DNA from: Myxococcota bacterium
Lineage (GTDB): Bacteria; Myxococcota_A; UBA796; UBA2385
NCBI GenBank assembly: GCA_044344255.1
Contig: JBIJDH010000044.1
Coordinates: forward strand, 1 to 33,677
Direction of reading: 5' to 3'
Length of the DNA stretch: 33,677 bases
The position numbers and the translations under genes are program-made. The notes below the pieces were generated by a model. The model ran no database searches, was not told where the DNA came from, and saw nothing but the letters and a program-made list of their open reading frames with translations. Shown here piece after piece: positions 6,619 to 16,441 of the stretch. Each line of letters starts with the position of its first letter. The stretch's first letter is position 1.

Positions 6619-9600
6619 ATGTCGCACCCTCTCCATCCCGCGCCACCCGATTCGGCCCCGCCCGAGCCGGCACCGATCGAGGCGGCGCTGACCGACCTCG
6701 CTGCTCCCTCATCGCCTCGGCGGTACCAGGGGGACTCCGGGCTCGATCGGGTGATCGGGGAGGGCGCCTTCGGGAGGGTGCTCCTGGTCTTTGACGCTCA
6801 GCTCGGCCGAGAGGTCGCCTTGAAGGAGCTCCGCGCCGCGGCCGCGGCGACGTCCGATTCATCCCCCAGCGAGGACACCGTGGGGTGGGCCTCGGCGCCC
6901 GCCGAGCCGCCCCCCGAGGTCGTCGCCCGCTTCATCCGGGAGGCGCGCCTGACCGCGCGGCTGGAGCACCCCGGCATCGTGCCGGTCCACGAGATCGGCC
7001 GTCGCGGCGACGGGGCCTACTACTACACGATGAAGCCGGTGCGCGGCCGGACCCTCGCGGTCGCCCTCCAGGAGGCAGGCACGCTCCAAGGCCGCCTCGG
7101 CCTGCTCGAGGCCTTCGTCGACCTTTGCCAAGCGGTCGCCTACGCCCACAGCCGCGGGGTGATCCACCGCGACCTCAAGCCGCAGAACGTGATGGTGGGG
7201 GCCTTCGGCGAGACGGTCCTCCTCGACTGGGGGCTGGCCCTCGACCGGAGCGCGGAGCACCCCGAAGACACGGACGCGCAGGCGGGGGTGGCCGTCGGCA
7301 CGCCCTCTTACATGAGCCCCGAGCAGGCCTGGGGGCAGCACGACCTGATCGACGAGCGCTCCGACGTCTGGGGGCTGGGGGCGATCCTCTACGAGCTGCT
7401 CACCGGCAGCGCCCCCTACCGGGGCCCGACCGCCGAGGGTGTCATCGCCCAGGTGCGCCGGGGCCCTCCGCCGCCCGCCCGGGCTGCCCAATCGAGCGTC
7501 CCGGCCGAGCTCTCCGACGTCGCGGCGAAGGCGATGCAGGTCGATCCGGCGGAGCGGTACGGCGACCCCTCCGCCCTGGCCGCCGACATCCGGGCCTGGC
7601 GGGCCGGCGAGCGGGTCTCGGCGCACCACTACGGCCTCGCGGAGCGGGTCGGGCGGCAGGTCGCCCGCCACGGCGGCAGGCTCGCGGCGCTGGCGGCGGG
7701 GCTCACCCTCCTCCTCGCGGTCAGCGCGGTGCTCACCGCCCGCGTGGCGGCCCAGCGCGATCGCGCCGTGCGGGCGGAGGTGACGGCGGCCGCGAAGGGA
7801 GAGGAGGCGCGGAGGCGCCTCGCCGACGCCCTGATGGCCAAGGCGGAGGACGCCGTCGTCGCGGGCTCCTCCGCCGAGGCGCTGGTGTACGCCTCCGACG
7901 CCCTGGCGATCCGAGAGGACCCCCGAGCGCGGGGGGCGCTGATCGCCGCAGACAGCGGGCTCCTGCGGCAAGTGGTGTGGTCGGCGCGCACCGCGGGCAC
8001 CCCCACAGGCTTCACGTGGAGCCCCACCGCCGGCCTGTCCGTGCTGGAAGAGGACCGCCTGGAGCGCTGGAGCGCCGACGGCGAGCCGCTGCCGACCCTC
8101 CGGGGGATGCCGCCGGTCCAGACGGGTGGGGCCGTGCAGTGGTCTCCCACCGGCGCGCTCCTCGCGGTCGGAGGATGGGGCGGGGTGCGGGTGTTCGACC
8201 CCGACGAGCGGGTGGACGGCCCAATCCAGACGCTCCCCGCGCCGGTCACACCGCTCTCGCTGGCCTGGCTCGACGACGTCCGCCTCGTCGCGGCCGACGA
8301 CGGCGGGGTGGTCGGCGTCTGGAGCGCCCGGACGGGGGCGCGGCTGGGGGAGCGGCGGGACCAGCCGGGCGCCATTCGGGCGCTCGCGCTGGCCGGAGGC
8401 TCGGTCGTCTCGGCCTCGAACGACCACTCGATCGAGGTCTGGGACCCCTTGAGCGGCCGCCAGACGGTGCGCCTTCAGGACGAGGGCGTCGGCGCGATCG
8501 CGCTGGCGGTGACCCCGGACCACCGACAACTCGCGGCCGTGGGAGAGGTGCGCGGCGGAGATGGGCGCCTGCGGGTGTGGGACCTCGAGAGCGGCGCGCT
8601 GACGGCCTCGGTGCTCGGCCACCGGGCCGAGGCGGCCGACGTGCAGGCCTCCCCGGACGGCCGCTGGCTCGCCAGCAGCAGCATCGACGGGACGCTCCAC
8701 CTCTGGAGCCTCCCCGGCGTGACGGAGGCCGCCACGCTTCGCCTGCCGGCCGAAGGCTTCCAGCGCTGCGCCTTCTCTCCCGATGGGCGGCGCCTCGCGA
8801 CGGTGGGCAGGGCGGGGGTGCTGCGGGTGTGGGCGATCGACCCCGAGAACGGGGGGACACCGCCGATGCACCTCCCCGCCGCGGTCAACGACGTGGCCTG
8901 GTCACCCGACGACCGCGCCCTGGCGCTGGCCATAGAGACCGGCGAGCTCCGCTTGATCGACCTCGTCCGCAGATCCAGCCAGACCCTCACCTCGGGGCGC
9001 GGCTCCCTCGGCGTCGCCGCCTGGCTCGACGCCCGCTCCATCCTGGTCCACGGCGGGGAGCAGCCCCCCGAGATCGTGCGGCTCGACGGGGAGCGGCTCC
9101 CCTTGTCGCCAGAGCCGTGGTGGGCGGCGCGCAGCCTGTCTCCCAGCCGTCGCCTCCTCTTCACCACCCGCCATCGGGAGGCGCGGGCGAGCGTCATCGA
9201 GGTGGCGACCGGCGTCGGGCGGCCGCTGAACTGCCCCGCGCTGGCGCCAGAGGGGGCGTGGTTGCCCGGGGAGGCGGCGTTGCTGGTGACGGGGAAACAA
9301 GGCGAGGGCGTGTACCGAGCGGCGGCCGCGGGCGGGGCCTGCGAGCGCGTCGGCCCGGCGGAGCTGGCCTGCGACACCGTCGCGGTGAGCCCCGATGGGC
9401 AGACGATGGCCTGCGCCCGGACGGGGGAGGTCTCCCTCTATCGGCTGTCCCCCTTCACCCCGGCGGGGGCGCTGGCCTCGCCGGGGCGGGTGACCGCCGA
9501 GCTCCGCTGGACCCCCGACGGGCGCCGCATCATCGGCGTCGACTGGTCCGGCCATGCCAGCGTGTGGGCGACCGACGGCCAGCTCCTCGCGCGCTGGCAG

Positions 9601-9792
9601 GCCCACTCGAACCGCATCTGGCACCTCGCCCTGAGCGCCGACGGCCGTCGTATTGCCACGGCCTCCGCCGATCGATCGGCGCGGGTCTGGGTCCTCGACG
9701 CCCTGGACGAAGCGCGGGAGAGCGCCGCGGTGCGGGCCCTGCGGATGACCGGCCTGGAGGTCGTCGACGGTGAGCTCGTAGCGAAGCGGTGA
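6619..9792 (+). CDS. Hanks-type Ser/Thr protein kinase with transmembrane helix and C-terminal WD40 repeats
   Basis: IGEGAFG, VALK, HRDLKPQN, DWG, GTPSYMSPEQ, SDVWGLG; hydrophobic LAALAAGLTLLLAVSAVL; many WD40 units (SASNDHSIEVWD, GH...SPDGRWLASSSIDGTLHLW, ATASADRSARVW). Start uncertain. Confidence 0.93.
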   Translation: MSHPLHPAPPDSAPPEPAPIEAALTDLAAPSSPRRYQGDSGLDRVIGEGAFGRVLLVFDAQLGREVALKELRAAAAATSDSSPSEDTVGWASAPAEPPPEVVARFIREARLTARLEHPGIVPVHEIGRRGDGAYYYTMKPVRGRTLAVALQEAGTLQGRLGLLEAFVDLCQAVAYAHSRGVIHRDLKPQNVMVGAFGETVLLDWGLALDRSAEHPEDTDAQAGVAVGTPSYMSPEQAWGQHDLIDERSDVWGLGAILYELLTGSAPYRGPTAEGVIAQVRRGPPPPARAAQSSVPAELSDVAAKAMQVDPAERYGDPSALAADIRAWRAGERVSAHHYGLAERVGRQVARHGGRLAALAAGLTLLLAVSAVLTARVAAQRDRAVRAEVTAAAKGEEARRRLADALMAKAEDAVVAGSSAEALVYASDALAIREDPRARGALIAADSGLLRQVVWSARTAGTPTGFTWSPTAGLSVLEEDRLERWSADGEPLPTLRGMPPVQTGGAVQWSPTGALLAVGGWGGVRVFDPDERVDGPIQTLPAPVTPLSLAWLDDVRLVAADDGGVVGVWSARTGARLGERRDQPGAIRALALAGGSVVSASNDHSIEVWDPLSGRQTVRLQDEGVGAIALAVTPDHRQLAAVGEVRGGDGRLRVWDLESGALTASVLGHRAEAADVQASPDGRWLASSSIDGTLHLWSLPGVTEAATLRLPAEGFQRCAFSPDGRRLATVGRAGVLRVWAIDPENGGTPPMHLPAAVNDVAWSPDDRALALAIETGELRLIDLVRRSSQTLTSGRGSLGVAAWLDARSILVHGGEQPPEIVRLDGERLPLSPEPWWAARSLSPSRRLLFTTRHREARASVIEVATGVGRPLNCPALAPEGAWLPGEAALLVTGKQGEGVYRAAAAGGACERVGPAELACDTVAVSPDGQTMACARTGEVSLYRLSPFTPAGALASPGRVTAELRWTPDGRRIIGVDWSGHASVWATDGQLLARWQAHSNRIWHLALSADGRRIATASADRSARVWVLDALDEARESAAVRALRMTGLEVVDGELVAKR

Positions 9793-9973
9793 GGGCAGGG
9801 TGCGCCTCCCCGGGGAGGTTGAGCACCGCGACGTCGGGCTCCCGGTCGACGCGCAGCACCGTCGCGCTGAGCTCGGGGCCGGAGGGGCCGCGCACCTCGA
9901 CCTCCTTGGCCGAGGACTCTCCCTCCGGCGGGCGCCTCCACCGGTAGAGCCACCCGCCGGGCCTCCGCTCCGC

Positions 9974-10696
9974 CTACAGCCCCTGCTTGCCGATGCGGTC
10001 CTGCGGGCGGGCCGCGTCCGGCGCCGCTTTTACCGCGGCCTCCCGGCGCTCGGAGTACCGATCGACCAGCTCGTCGCGGTGATCTCGGGTGAGCAAGGTA
10101 AAACGATAGAGCTCCTCCATCACGTCGACGAGCCGGTCGCGGAATTCCGAGTCCTTCATTCGGCCGTCCTCGTGGAATTGCTCCCAGGCCTTGGGCACGC
10201 TCGACTGGTTGGGGATGGTGATCATCCGCATCCACCGTCCGAGCAGGCGGAGGTCATTGACCGTGTTGAAGGACTGCGATCCGCCGCTCACCTGCATCAC
10301 CGCCAGGGTGCGCCCCTGGGTGGGCCGGATGGCGCCGATCGAGAGGGGGAGCCAGTCGAGCTGGTTCTTCATCACCGCGGTGATCGCGCCGTGCTGCTCG
10401 GGGCTGCTCCAGACCTGCCCCTCCGACCAGTCGGAGAGGGCGCGCAGCTCGGCCACCTTCGGGTGGGAGTCGGGGACCGCGCCGTAGAGCGGCAGCTCGT
10501 GGGCGTGGAACCAGCGCACCTCGGCGCCGAGGCCCTCCATCAGCCGCGCGCCCTCTTCGGCGAGGAGGCGGCTGTAGGAGCGGGCCCGCAGCGAGCCGTA
10601 GAGGAAGAGGAAGCGCGGCGGGTGCTCGCTCGGGCGCGGGTTGTGGAGGGGGGTGACGGTGAGCGGGGGCGGATCACCCCGGTGGTAGGCGGCCAT
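9974..10696 (-). CDS. arsH: ArsH-family NADPH-dependent FMN oxidoreductase
   Basis: [67 protein letters not shown] 10696 has a purine-rich upstream region. Confidence 0.92.
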   Translation of the reverse strand: MAAYHRGDPPPLTVTPLHNPRPSEHPPRFLFLYGSLRARSYSRLLAEEGARLMEGLGAEVRWFHAHELPLYGAVPDSHPKVAELRALSDWSEGQVWSSPEQHGAITAVMKNQLDWLPLSIGAIRPTQGRTLAVMQVSGGSQSFNTVNDLRLLGRWMRMITIPNQSSVPKAWEQFHEDGRMKDSEFRDRLVDVMEELYRFTLLTRDHRDELVDRYSERREAAVKAAPDAARPQDRIGKQGL

Positions 10697-10784
10697 GGTT
10701 CTCTCGGGTCCTCTCGACGGCGGCGAGCGGGTGGGCGGGGACGCGGGGCGGCCCCGACCGGGTAAGGGGGTGGGTCGAGGTAAC

Positions 10785-11378
10785 ATGCCGCCCGCGTCGC
10801 CCTATCACCCCGTCCTCCTCCTCCCCGCCGGGGCGCCGGTGCTCGATCTCCGCGCGGGGTACGGCGAGCCCGCCCCGGGGGCGCCGCCCAGCCCCTGGTC
10901 GATCGGCCGCTACGATGAGGACCGCGGCGTCTACACCACCGCCCTCTTCACCGCCGGCCCGGCGCCGCGCACGGTGCACATGGGCATCGACCTCGGCGGC
11001 CCCGTGGGGGAGCCCGTCCACGCCTTCGGAGACGGCGAGGTGCTCTTCGCGGGCGTGAACCCGGCGCCCGGTGATTATGGCGCCGTGATCGTGCTCGCCC
11101 ACACCTTCGAGGGGCGGCCGCTCTACGCCCTCTATGGCCACCTCTCTCACGCCAGCCTGCGGCAGAGCCCGGTCGGCCGCTGTGTGCGAGGCGGCGACAC
11201 CCTCGGCTGGCTCGGAGACCCGGACGAGAACGGCGGCTGGCCGCCCCACGTCCACCTCCAGCTCTCCTGGGCGCGGCCCGCCACCCACGATCTCCCCGGC
11301 GCGGTGAGCCGGGCGGACCGTGAGGAGGCCCTCCGCCTCTATCCAGACCCTCGCCTCGTGCTGGGAGCGCTCTACTGA
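10785..11378 (+). CDS. M23-family metallopeptidase
   Basis: Zn motifs HMGID (HxxxD), LYGHL and PPHVHLQ (HxH); GAGG RBS before ATG 10785; no signal peptide evident. Confidence 0.88.
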   Translation: MPPASPYHPVLLLPAGAPVLDLRAGYGEPAPGAPPSPWSIGRYDEDRGVYTTALFTAGPAPRTVHMGIDLGGPVGEPVHAFGDGEVLFAGVNPAPGDYGAVIVLAHTFEGRPLYALYGHLSHASLRQSPVGRCVRGGDTLGWLGDPDENGGWPPHVHLQLSWARPATHDLPGAVSRADREEALRLYPDPRLVLGALY

Positions 11379-11379
11379 C

Positions 11380-12477
11380 ATGCTCATCTTCGCCCTGCTC
11401 GCCCTCCTCTCCTGTCGCCCGCCGGCCTCCATCCCCGCCTTGGACCCTTGGCTCTGTCGCCCCGGCCGGAATGACGCCTGCGCCCTCCCCCTGCCCATCC
11501 TCCGCTGGGAGCCGGACGGCCGCCTCGTCCAGGCTGACCTCCCGCCCCCGGCGGCGGCGCCGACGGTGGACTGCTTCTACGTCTATCCCACCGTCGATCA
11601 CCGCCTGCGCGTCGGCAACCACACCGACCTCAGCGACCTCGACACCGAGCGCGCCGTCACCCGCGCCCAGGCCGCCGCCCTGTCGACGGTCTGCAATGTG
11701 TGGACCCCGGTCTATCGGCAGGTCACCATCGGCTCCTACCTGCGCCCCGACCAGGCGCTCGGGGCCTTCACCCTCGCCTGGAGCGACGTGCGAGCGGCCT
11801 GGGACCGCTTCCAGTCCGAGGCCGACCCCGGCCACGACCTCGTGCTCATCGGCCACTCTCAGGGGGCCCAGTGGGTGACGAAGCTGCTCGCCGAGGTGGT
11901 GGAGCCGGACCCCGCCCTGTCCGCCCGCCTCGTCGCCGCCTATCCGATCGGCTGGGGCGTGGGCACCGCGGCCGGCTCTACGACCGGGGGCTCCTTCACC
12001 CGCCTCCCCCTCTGTTCGGATCGGAGCGCCCGCGGCTGCGTGATGGCCTATCGCAGCTACGCCGACGGGCACGACCTCCCCGCCCGCGGCGGTGTGGTGA
12101 AGCAGGGCGACACGCTCGCCTGCGTCAACCCGGTGGAGCCATCACCCATCGGCGCCGAAGACGCCGCCTGGCCCATCCGAGCCGCCCAGCTCGGCAGCGG
12201 CGGCCGATTGACCGACCTCCCGCCCGGGCTGCCGGAGGGCTGGCGCGGCTTCATCCTGGTCGAGGGCGCCTATCAGGCCCGCTGCGTACGCGGCTCCGAC
12301 GGCAACGCCGGCCTCGCCGTCCGCTGGGCCCCCGCCGAGGGCGACCGCCGCACCGACCTCGCCGAGCTCGCCACCGGCCGCTACGACGGCCCGATGGGGG
12401 CCCACGTGCTCGACCTCCAGTTCGGGCTCTGGGACATCGTCGAGGACATCCGAGCCCGCTCAGCCATCCCCCGCTGA
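11380..12477 (+). CDS. DUF3089-like alpha/beta hydrolase lipoprotein
   Basis: Lipobox-like LALLSC; VDCFYVYPT, PVYRQ, nucleophile elbow GHSQG, CVNP and a C-terminal HVLD. Starts 1 bp after the M23 stop. Confidence 0.82.
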   Translation: MLIFALLALLSCRPPASIPALDPWLCRPGRNDACALPLPILRWEPDGRLVQADLPPPAAAPTVDCFYVYPTVDHRLRVGNHTDLSDLDTERAVTRAQAAALSTVCNVWTPVYRQVTIGSYLRPDQALGAFTLAWSDVRAAWDRFQSEADPGHDLVLIGHSQGAQWVTKLLAEVVEPDPALSARLVAAYPIGWGVGTAAGSTTGGSFTRLPLCSDRSARGCVMAYRSYADGHDLPARGGVVKQGDTLACVNPVEPSPIGAEDAAWPIRAAQLGSGGRLTDLPPGLPEGWRGFILVEGAYQARCVRGSDGNAGLAVRWAPAEGDRRTDLAELATGRYDGPMGAHVLDLQFGLWDIVEDIRARSAIPR

Positions 12478-13722
12478 GCCGGGTCCCGCCGGGACGCCCG
12501 CCACGGTGAGCGCCGGCACGATGGGCCGGGTCAGCCACCAGTGGGCGATGAGCAAGGGGGAGAGGGCCGGCAGCGGAAGGCTCTCCCCGAGCTCCCCCAC
12601 CTCGACGATGAGGAGCGCGAGGTGATGATAGGCGAGGAGGGCGCCCACATGCACCTTCTCGCCCCGCGTGTATCCACGCCAACCGGCGAGCATGAGCCCG
12701 AGGCCGACGAGCGTGGGCAGCATGTCGTAGTGGTGCAGGTGCGGGTTGATAAAGGTGGAGACCGCGAGGCCGAGGCCAAGCGCGGGGGCGGTGGGGAGCC
12801 GCCGCCCCCGCCAGACGCTCACCGCGACGAGCAGGCCGGCGGTGATCCAGCCCTGAACATCGGCGCGGGTGCCAATCCCGAAGGCCCGGCGAAAGACGCT
12901 CAGCCCGTCGAACTGCAGGTGGAGTGGATAATCCGGCAGCGTGTCGAGCCGCCCGAGCTGCGGCATCAGGCGCAGCCAGTCCAGCCACACCCCGGGCCCG
13001 GTGAAGGGCAGGCTCAGGAGGAGCGTGCTGGCCGCGCCGATCGCCATCCCGAGCGCCATCCGCCAGCCCCCGACGAGCAGCGGGAGCCAGGCCACCGCGA
13101 CCAGCCAGCTCGGCTTGACCGCGAGCAGGCCGAACAAGAGCCCGCCGAGGACAGACCACCGTCGGGCCAGCGCCAGCCCCCCGAGGAGCAAGACAACCAG
13201 CGTGGCGACGCCGTTCTGGCCCAAGACATAGCTATAGAAGAAGGGCGGGAAGAGCAGGATGAGCAGGCTGCTCGCGAAGAAGCCGGGCCCGCCGAGCCGC
13301 TTCAGCAGGGCGGCGGCGCCGAGCGCGAGGGTGGTGTTCAGCAGGGCCTGAAATCCCGCCGCGAAGGGGAGGAGGAAGGAGCCGAGGCCTGAATAGAGCA
13401 GGGCCGCCGAGGGCGGATAGAAGAAGACCCCGATCAGGTAATTCCGGGACGCCCAGAGCGAGGGGGGGACGCCGAGGGGAAAGGCCCGCGCCAGCACCTC
13501 GGACTGAGCCGTCACGTCGTAGAGCTCCGCCCAGCGCCCCTCGCTCGCCAGCCGGCCCCCGATCCAGAGGTGCACGAAGTCGCCGTTCCGCTGCGCCGCG
13601 ATGACCGTGCAGAAGGCGTAGGCCACCACCACCGCCACGAAGAGCGCGAAGATGGGGATCGAGGGCCCGCCTGCGACCGCGCTCCCCGCAGGCTCAGTAG
13701 CGGGGGAGGCGGGGGTCGACAT
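12460..13722 (-). CDS. Glycosyltransferase family 87 (DUF2029) membrane protein
   Basis: GDF..LW..G, FFYPP, LGQN, LAVKP and PHLHHYD motifs with many hydrophobic helices. Confidence 0.8.
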   Translation of the reverse strand: MSTPASPATEPAGSAVAGGPSIPIFALFVAVVVAYAFCTVIAAQRNGDFVHLWIGGRLASEGRWAELYDVTAQSEVLARAFPLGVPPSLWASRNYLIGVFFYPPSAALLYSGLGSFLLPFAAGFQALLNTTLALGAAALLKRLGGPGFFASSLLILLFPPFFYSYVLGQNGVATLVVLLLGGLALARRWSVLGGLLFGLLAVKPSWLVAVAWLPLLVGGWRMALGMAIGAASTLLLSLPFTGPGVWLDWLRLMPQLGRLDTLPDYPLHLQFDGLSVFRRAFGIGTRADVQGWITAGLLVAVSVWRGRRLPTAPALGLGLAVSTFINPHLHHYDMLPTLVGLGLMLAGWRGYTRGEKVHVGALLAYHHLALLIVEVGELGESLPLPALSPLLIAHWWLTRPIVPALTVAGVPAGPGSAGDG

Positions 13723-14029
13723 CGAGGCTGTACCGGTCGATGCCGCCGGCGAGGTTGTAGAGCTCGTCGAAGCCCTGGTCGGCGAGGAAGCGGGCGGCGC
13801 TCATCGAGCGAACGCCGTGGTGGCAGATGCAGACCGTGGGCCGATCGGGGTCGAGCTCCCCCACCCGTCGCGCCAGGGCGTGCAGGGGGATGTGGGTGAT
13901 TCCCGGGAGCGCGGCGAGCTCGATCTCCACGTCTTCGCGGACATCGAGCAGCACGAGGGGCCGGCCCGCGGCGAGGGCGGCCTGGAGGGCGGCGGGGAGG
14001 GCGACGGGGGAGAGCTGCTGGATGGCCAT
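13694..14029 (-). CDS. Single-domain rhodanese (sulfurtransferase)
   Basis: LLDVRE, active loop CHHGVRS, NLAGGID and a C-terminal VDPRLPRY. GGAG before ATG 14029. It is the C-terminal part of ORF 13694..15358. Confidence 0.9.
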   Translation of the reverse strand: MAIQQLSPVALPAALQAALAAGRPLVLLDVREDVEIELAALPGITHIPLHALARRVGELDPDRPTVCICHHGVRSMSAARFLADQGFDELYNLAGGIDRYSLDVDPRLPRY

Positions 14030-14122
14030 GGGGCTCCAAGGGGCGGTCCTGCCCGGCCCCCGTCCACATCGAGCGGACGGGCGGGCGCCCCCTGCGCTAA
14101 CCTCTCCCGCTCCGGAGTCCGC

Positions 14123-14971
14123 ATGTTGTCCCCTCCCCTCCCGCCGGGCCGCGCACCCCGCCTCTGGGTCGCCGCCGCGACGCGCCTCGTCGGTCTGGGG
14201 CTCGCGCTCGTCCTGCCCGCGCGGGCGGCCCCGCTCACCGACCCCGGCGAGTCCGTCGTACAGGGCGCGCTGCCCGCCGCGACGGTGCTCCAGTCCCTGT
14301 CCGCTATCGCCCCCACCCTGGCCACCTGCTACCGATTCAGCCGGGAGAAGGCCCCGGCGGCGGCCGGCCAGCTCGTGATCCAGCTCCAGATCGAGCCCAG
14401 CGGTCGGGTCGCGCCGCCCGTGCTCCAGCTCAGCCCCAGCCTCGACGTCGCGGGCTTTCGGGGCTGCGCGGCCGGCGCCGCGGCGAACGCCCGCTTCCCC
14501 GCCGCCAGCGGGCCCACCACCGTGCGCTGGGCCCTCTCGATGGAGCCGGACGCCGGGCAGCCGCCCTTGGAGGCCCTCCCCGAGGCGGTCGGGCCGAAGG
14601 GCCCGCCGCAGCAGAGCCTCGTGCCCACCGCCGAGCAGCTCAAGCCCGAGGTGCGGGGCGAGCTCGACCCCGCGTTGATCCGCACGGTGATGGCCCGCAA
14701 CATGAACGGGATCCGGTACTGCTACGGGCGTGCGCTGATGGCCGATCCCACCCTCCAGGGCAAGGTCACCGTGTCCTTCGTCATCGGCACGAGCGGCACC
14801 GTCGTCTCGGCGAGCGTGCGCGAGAGCACCTTCCCCGACCCCGCCGTCCCCTCCTGCCTGAGCGCGCGGATCCTGCGGCTGAGCTTCCCGCCGCCGAAGG
14901 GGGGCATCGTGGTGGTCGACTGGCCCTTCACCTTCGCGCCCGGCGCGTCCAACCCGCGGGGGCCCGGGTGA
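14123..14971 (+). CDS. Exported protein with two AgmX/PglI (TonB C-terminal-like) domains
   Basis: Signal-like N-terminus ending in ARA; two units of the form CY...G.V...F.I...G.V...C......FP (e.g. IRYCYGRALMADPTLQGKVTVSFVI...FPPPKGGIVVVDWPFTF); GGAG RBS. Confidence 0.82.
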   Translation: MLSPPLPPGRAPRLWVAAATRLVGLGLALVLPARAAPLTDPGESVVQGALPAATVLQSLSAIAPTLATCYRFSREKAPAAAGQLVIQLQIEPSGRVAPPVLQLSPSLDVAGFRGCAAGAAANARFPAASGPTTVRWALSMEPDAGQPPLEALPEAVGPKGPPQQSLVPTAEQLKPEVRGELDPALIRTVMARNMNGIRYCYGRALMADPTLQGKVTVSFVIGTSGTVVSASVRESTFPDPAVPSCLSARILRLSFPPPKGGIVVVDWPFTFAPGASNPRGPG

Positions 14972-15019
14972 TGGCCACGGAAAAAGGCTGGCTCGAGGAC
15001 CCCGCGTTACGCGCCCCCG

Positions 15020-16441
15020 ATGCAGATCCCGAGCGAAGACACCTGGACCGCCCTCTTCCGCGCCTTGGATCCAATGCGGCCGCTGCCCCTCGGCGAGCCC
15101 CTGCGGGAGCAGTTTGTGGAGCCGGAGTACAGCCCCGTTCGAAAGGTGGGCGCGGTGCTCGCAGGCTGGGAGCGCGCCGCCCGCAGCGGTGAAGCCGGGG
15201 CCCCACCCAAGATCCTGTTTTGCGGCGCGCGGGGGAGCGGCAAGTCCACCCACCTCCGGCGGATGGTCCTCGACCTTCGCGAAAATTGGCAGGTGGTCTT
15301 CGCAGACCTCGCCCCCGTCCTGCCTCCCCGCATCGCGACCGTCCAGCTCGTCGCCCACATCGGCCTGCTCCTCCTCGCCGAGCTCTCACTCTGGGCGCCC
15401 GAGGCGTCGCGCAAGGCGGAGGTCGACGAGGCCGCGCGGGACTCCGGCTTTCAAGAGAGCCTCGCCCGCTTCGCGGACGCCTTGGGCCCCCTGGACGAGC
15501 TCGTGGAGGCGGCCCTCCCGCTGCTCGTCACCGCGTCGATCGCCGGTCCGCAGGCGGTCGCCGCGGCGGCCGGCGTGAAGGCGGGCGCGAGCGTCCTCGG
15601 AAGGGCCTGGGACCTCGGCGCGCGATTGCTCCCCTTAAAGAAGCTCAGCCTCTCGAAGAAGCTGGCCGGGCGGCTCGGCGGCGACCAGGAGAGGGACGCC
15701 CAAGACCTGGTCGGGTCGGTGAACCAGCTCGCCCGAACGCTCAGCGCCAAGACCGAAAAGCGAGTGTTTGTCGCGCTGGACGGGCTGGATCGCATGCGCA
15801 GCGCCGAGGAGGCGACCGCCGCCTTCGACGACGTGGAGCTCCTCGGCGACCTCGACCTCGCGCTCGCGATCTCCGGGCCCACCTCCCTCCGCCACGATCC
15901 TCGTTTCGCCTCCCTCCGAACGGACATCGTGGTCACGCCTCTGTTCAACTTTCCCGTCGTGACCCGCGATGGAGAGCCGGATGAGCGCGGGATCCTCGCG
16001 ATGCGCAGCCTCGTCGAGAAGCGCCTCGGTCCGAAGCTGTTCCCGCTCCTGGACGAAGACGCGCTGCGCCTCGCGATCCGCAGCAGCTCGGGAAACCCCC
16101 GCGAGCTGCTCGGGATCCTCCGCGACGCACAGGGCCACGCCGAGCGGGATGGACGGGCCACCGTCTCGCTGGCCCAGGTAGAGCGGGCATGCAAGGAGAT
16201 CCGACTCACGATCCAACAGCCCATCAACCGGGCGGACTATGCGCTGCTGGGGCAAGTCTTGGAGAGCCAGCAGCCCGGCCCGAGCCCCCGGGACGGCGAG
16301 CTGCTCTATGCCAACCTCATCGTCTGCTACCCGAACGAAAACAGCTGGTGTCGGCCGAATGAGCTGCTCGTGCCCGGCATCCGACAGCACATCCAGCTCG
16401 AGCGGCGACTGACCCAGGCCCGGGATCGGGAGAATGAGTAG
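15020..16441 (+). CDS. P-loop ATPase (AAA/STAND-related)
   Basis: Walker A GARGSGKST, Walker B VALDGLDR, sensor-like SSGNPRELL. Confidence 0.85.
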   Translation: MQIPSEDTWTALFRALDPMRPLPLGEPLREQFVEPEYSPVRKVGAVLAGWERAARSGEAGAPPKILFCGARGSGKSTHLRRMVLDLRENWQVVFADLAPVLPPRIATVQLVAHIGLLLLAELSLWAPEASRKAEVDEAARDSGFQESLARFADALGPLDELVEAALPLLVTASIAGPQAVAAAAGVKAGASVLGRAWDLGARLLPLKKLSLSKKLAGRLGGDQERDAQDLVGSVNQLARTLSAKTEKRVFVALDGLDRMRSAEEATAAFDDVELLGDLDLALAISGPTSLRHDPRFASLRTDIVVTPLFNFPVVTRDGEPDERGILAMRSLVEKRLGPKLFPLLDEDALRLAIRSSSGNPRELLGILRDAQGHAERDGRATVSLAQVERACKEIRLTIQQPINRADYALLGQVLESQQPGPSPRDGELLYANLIVCYPNENSWCRPNELLVPGIRQHIQLERRLTQARDRENE

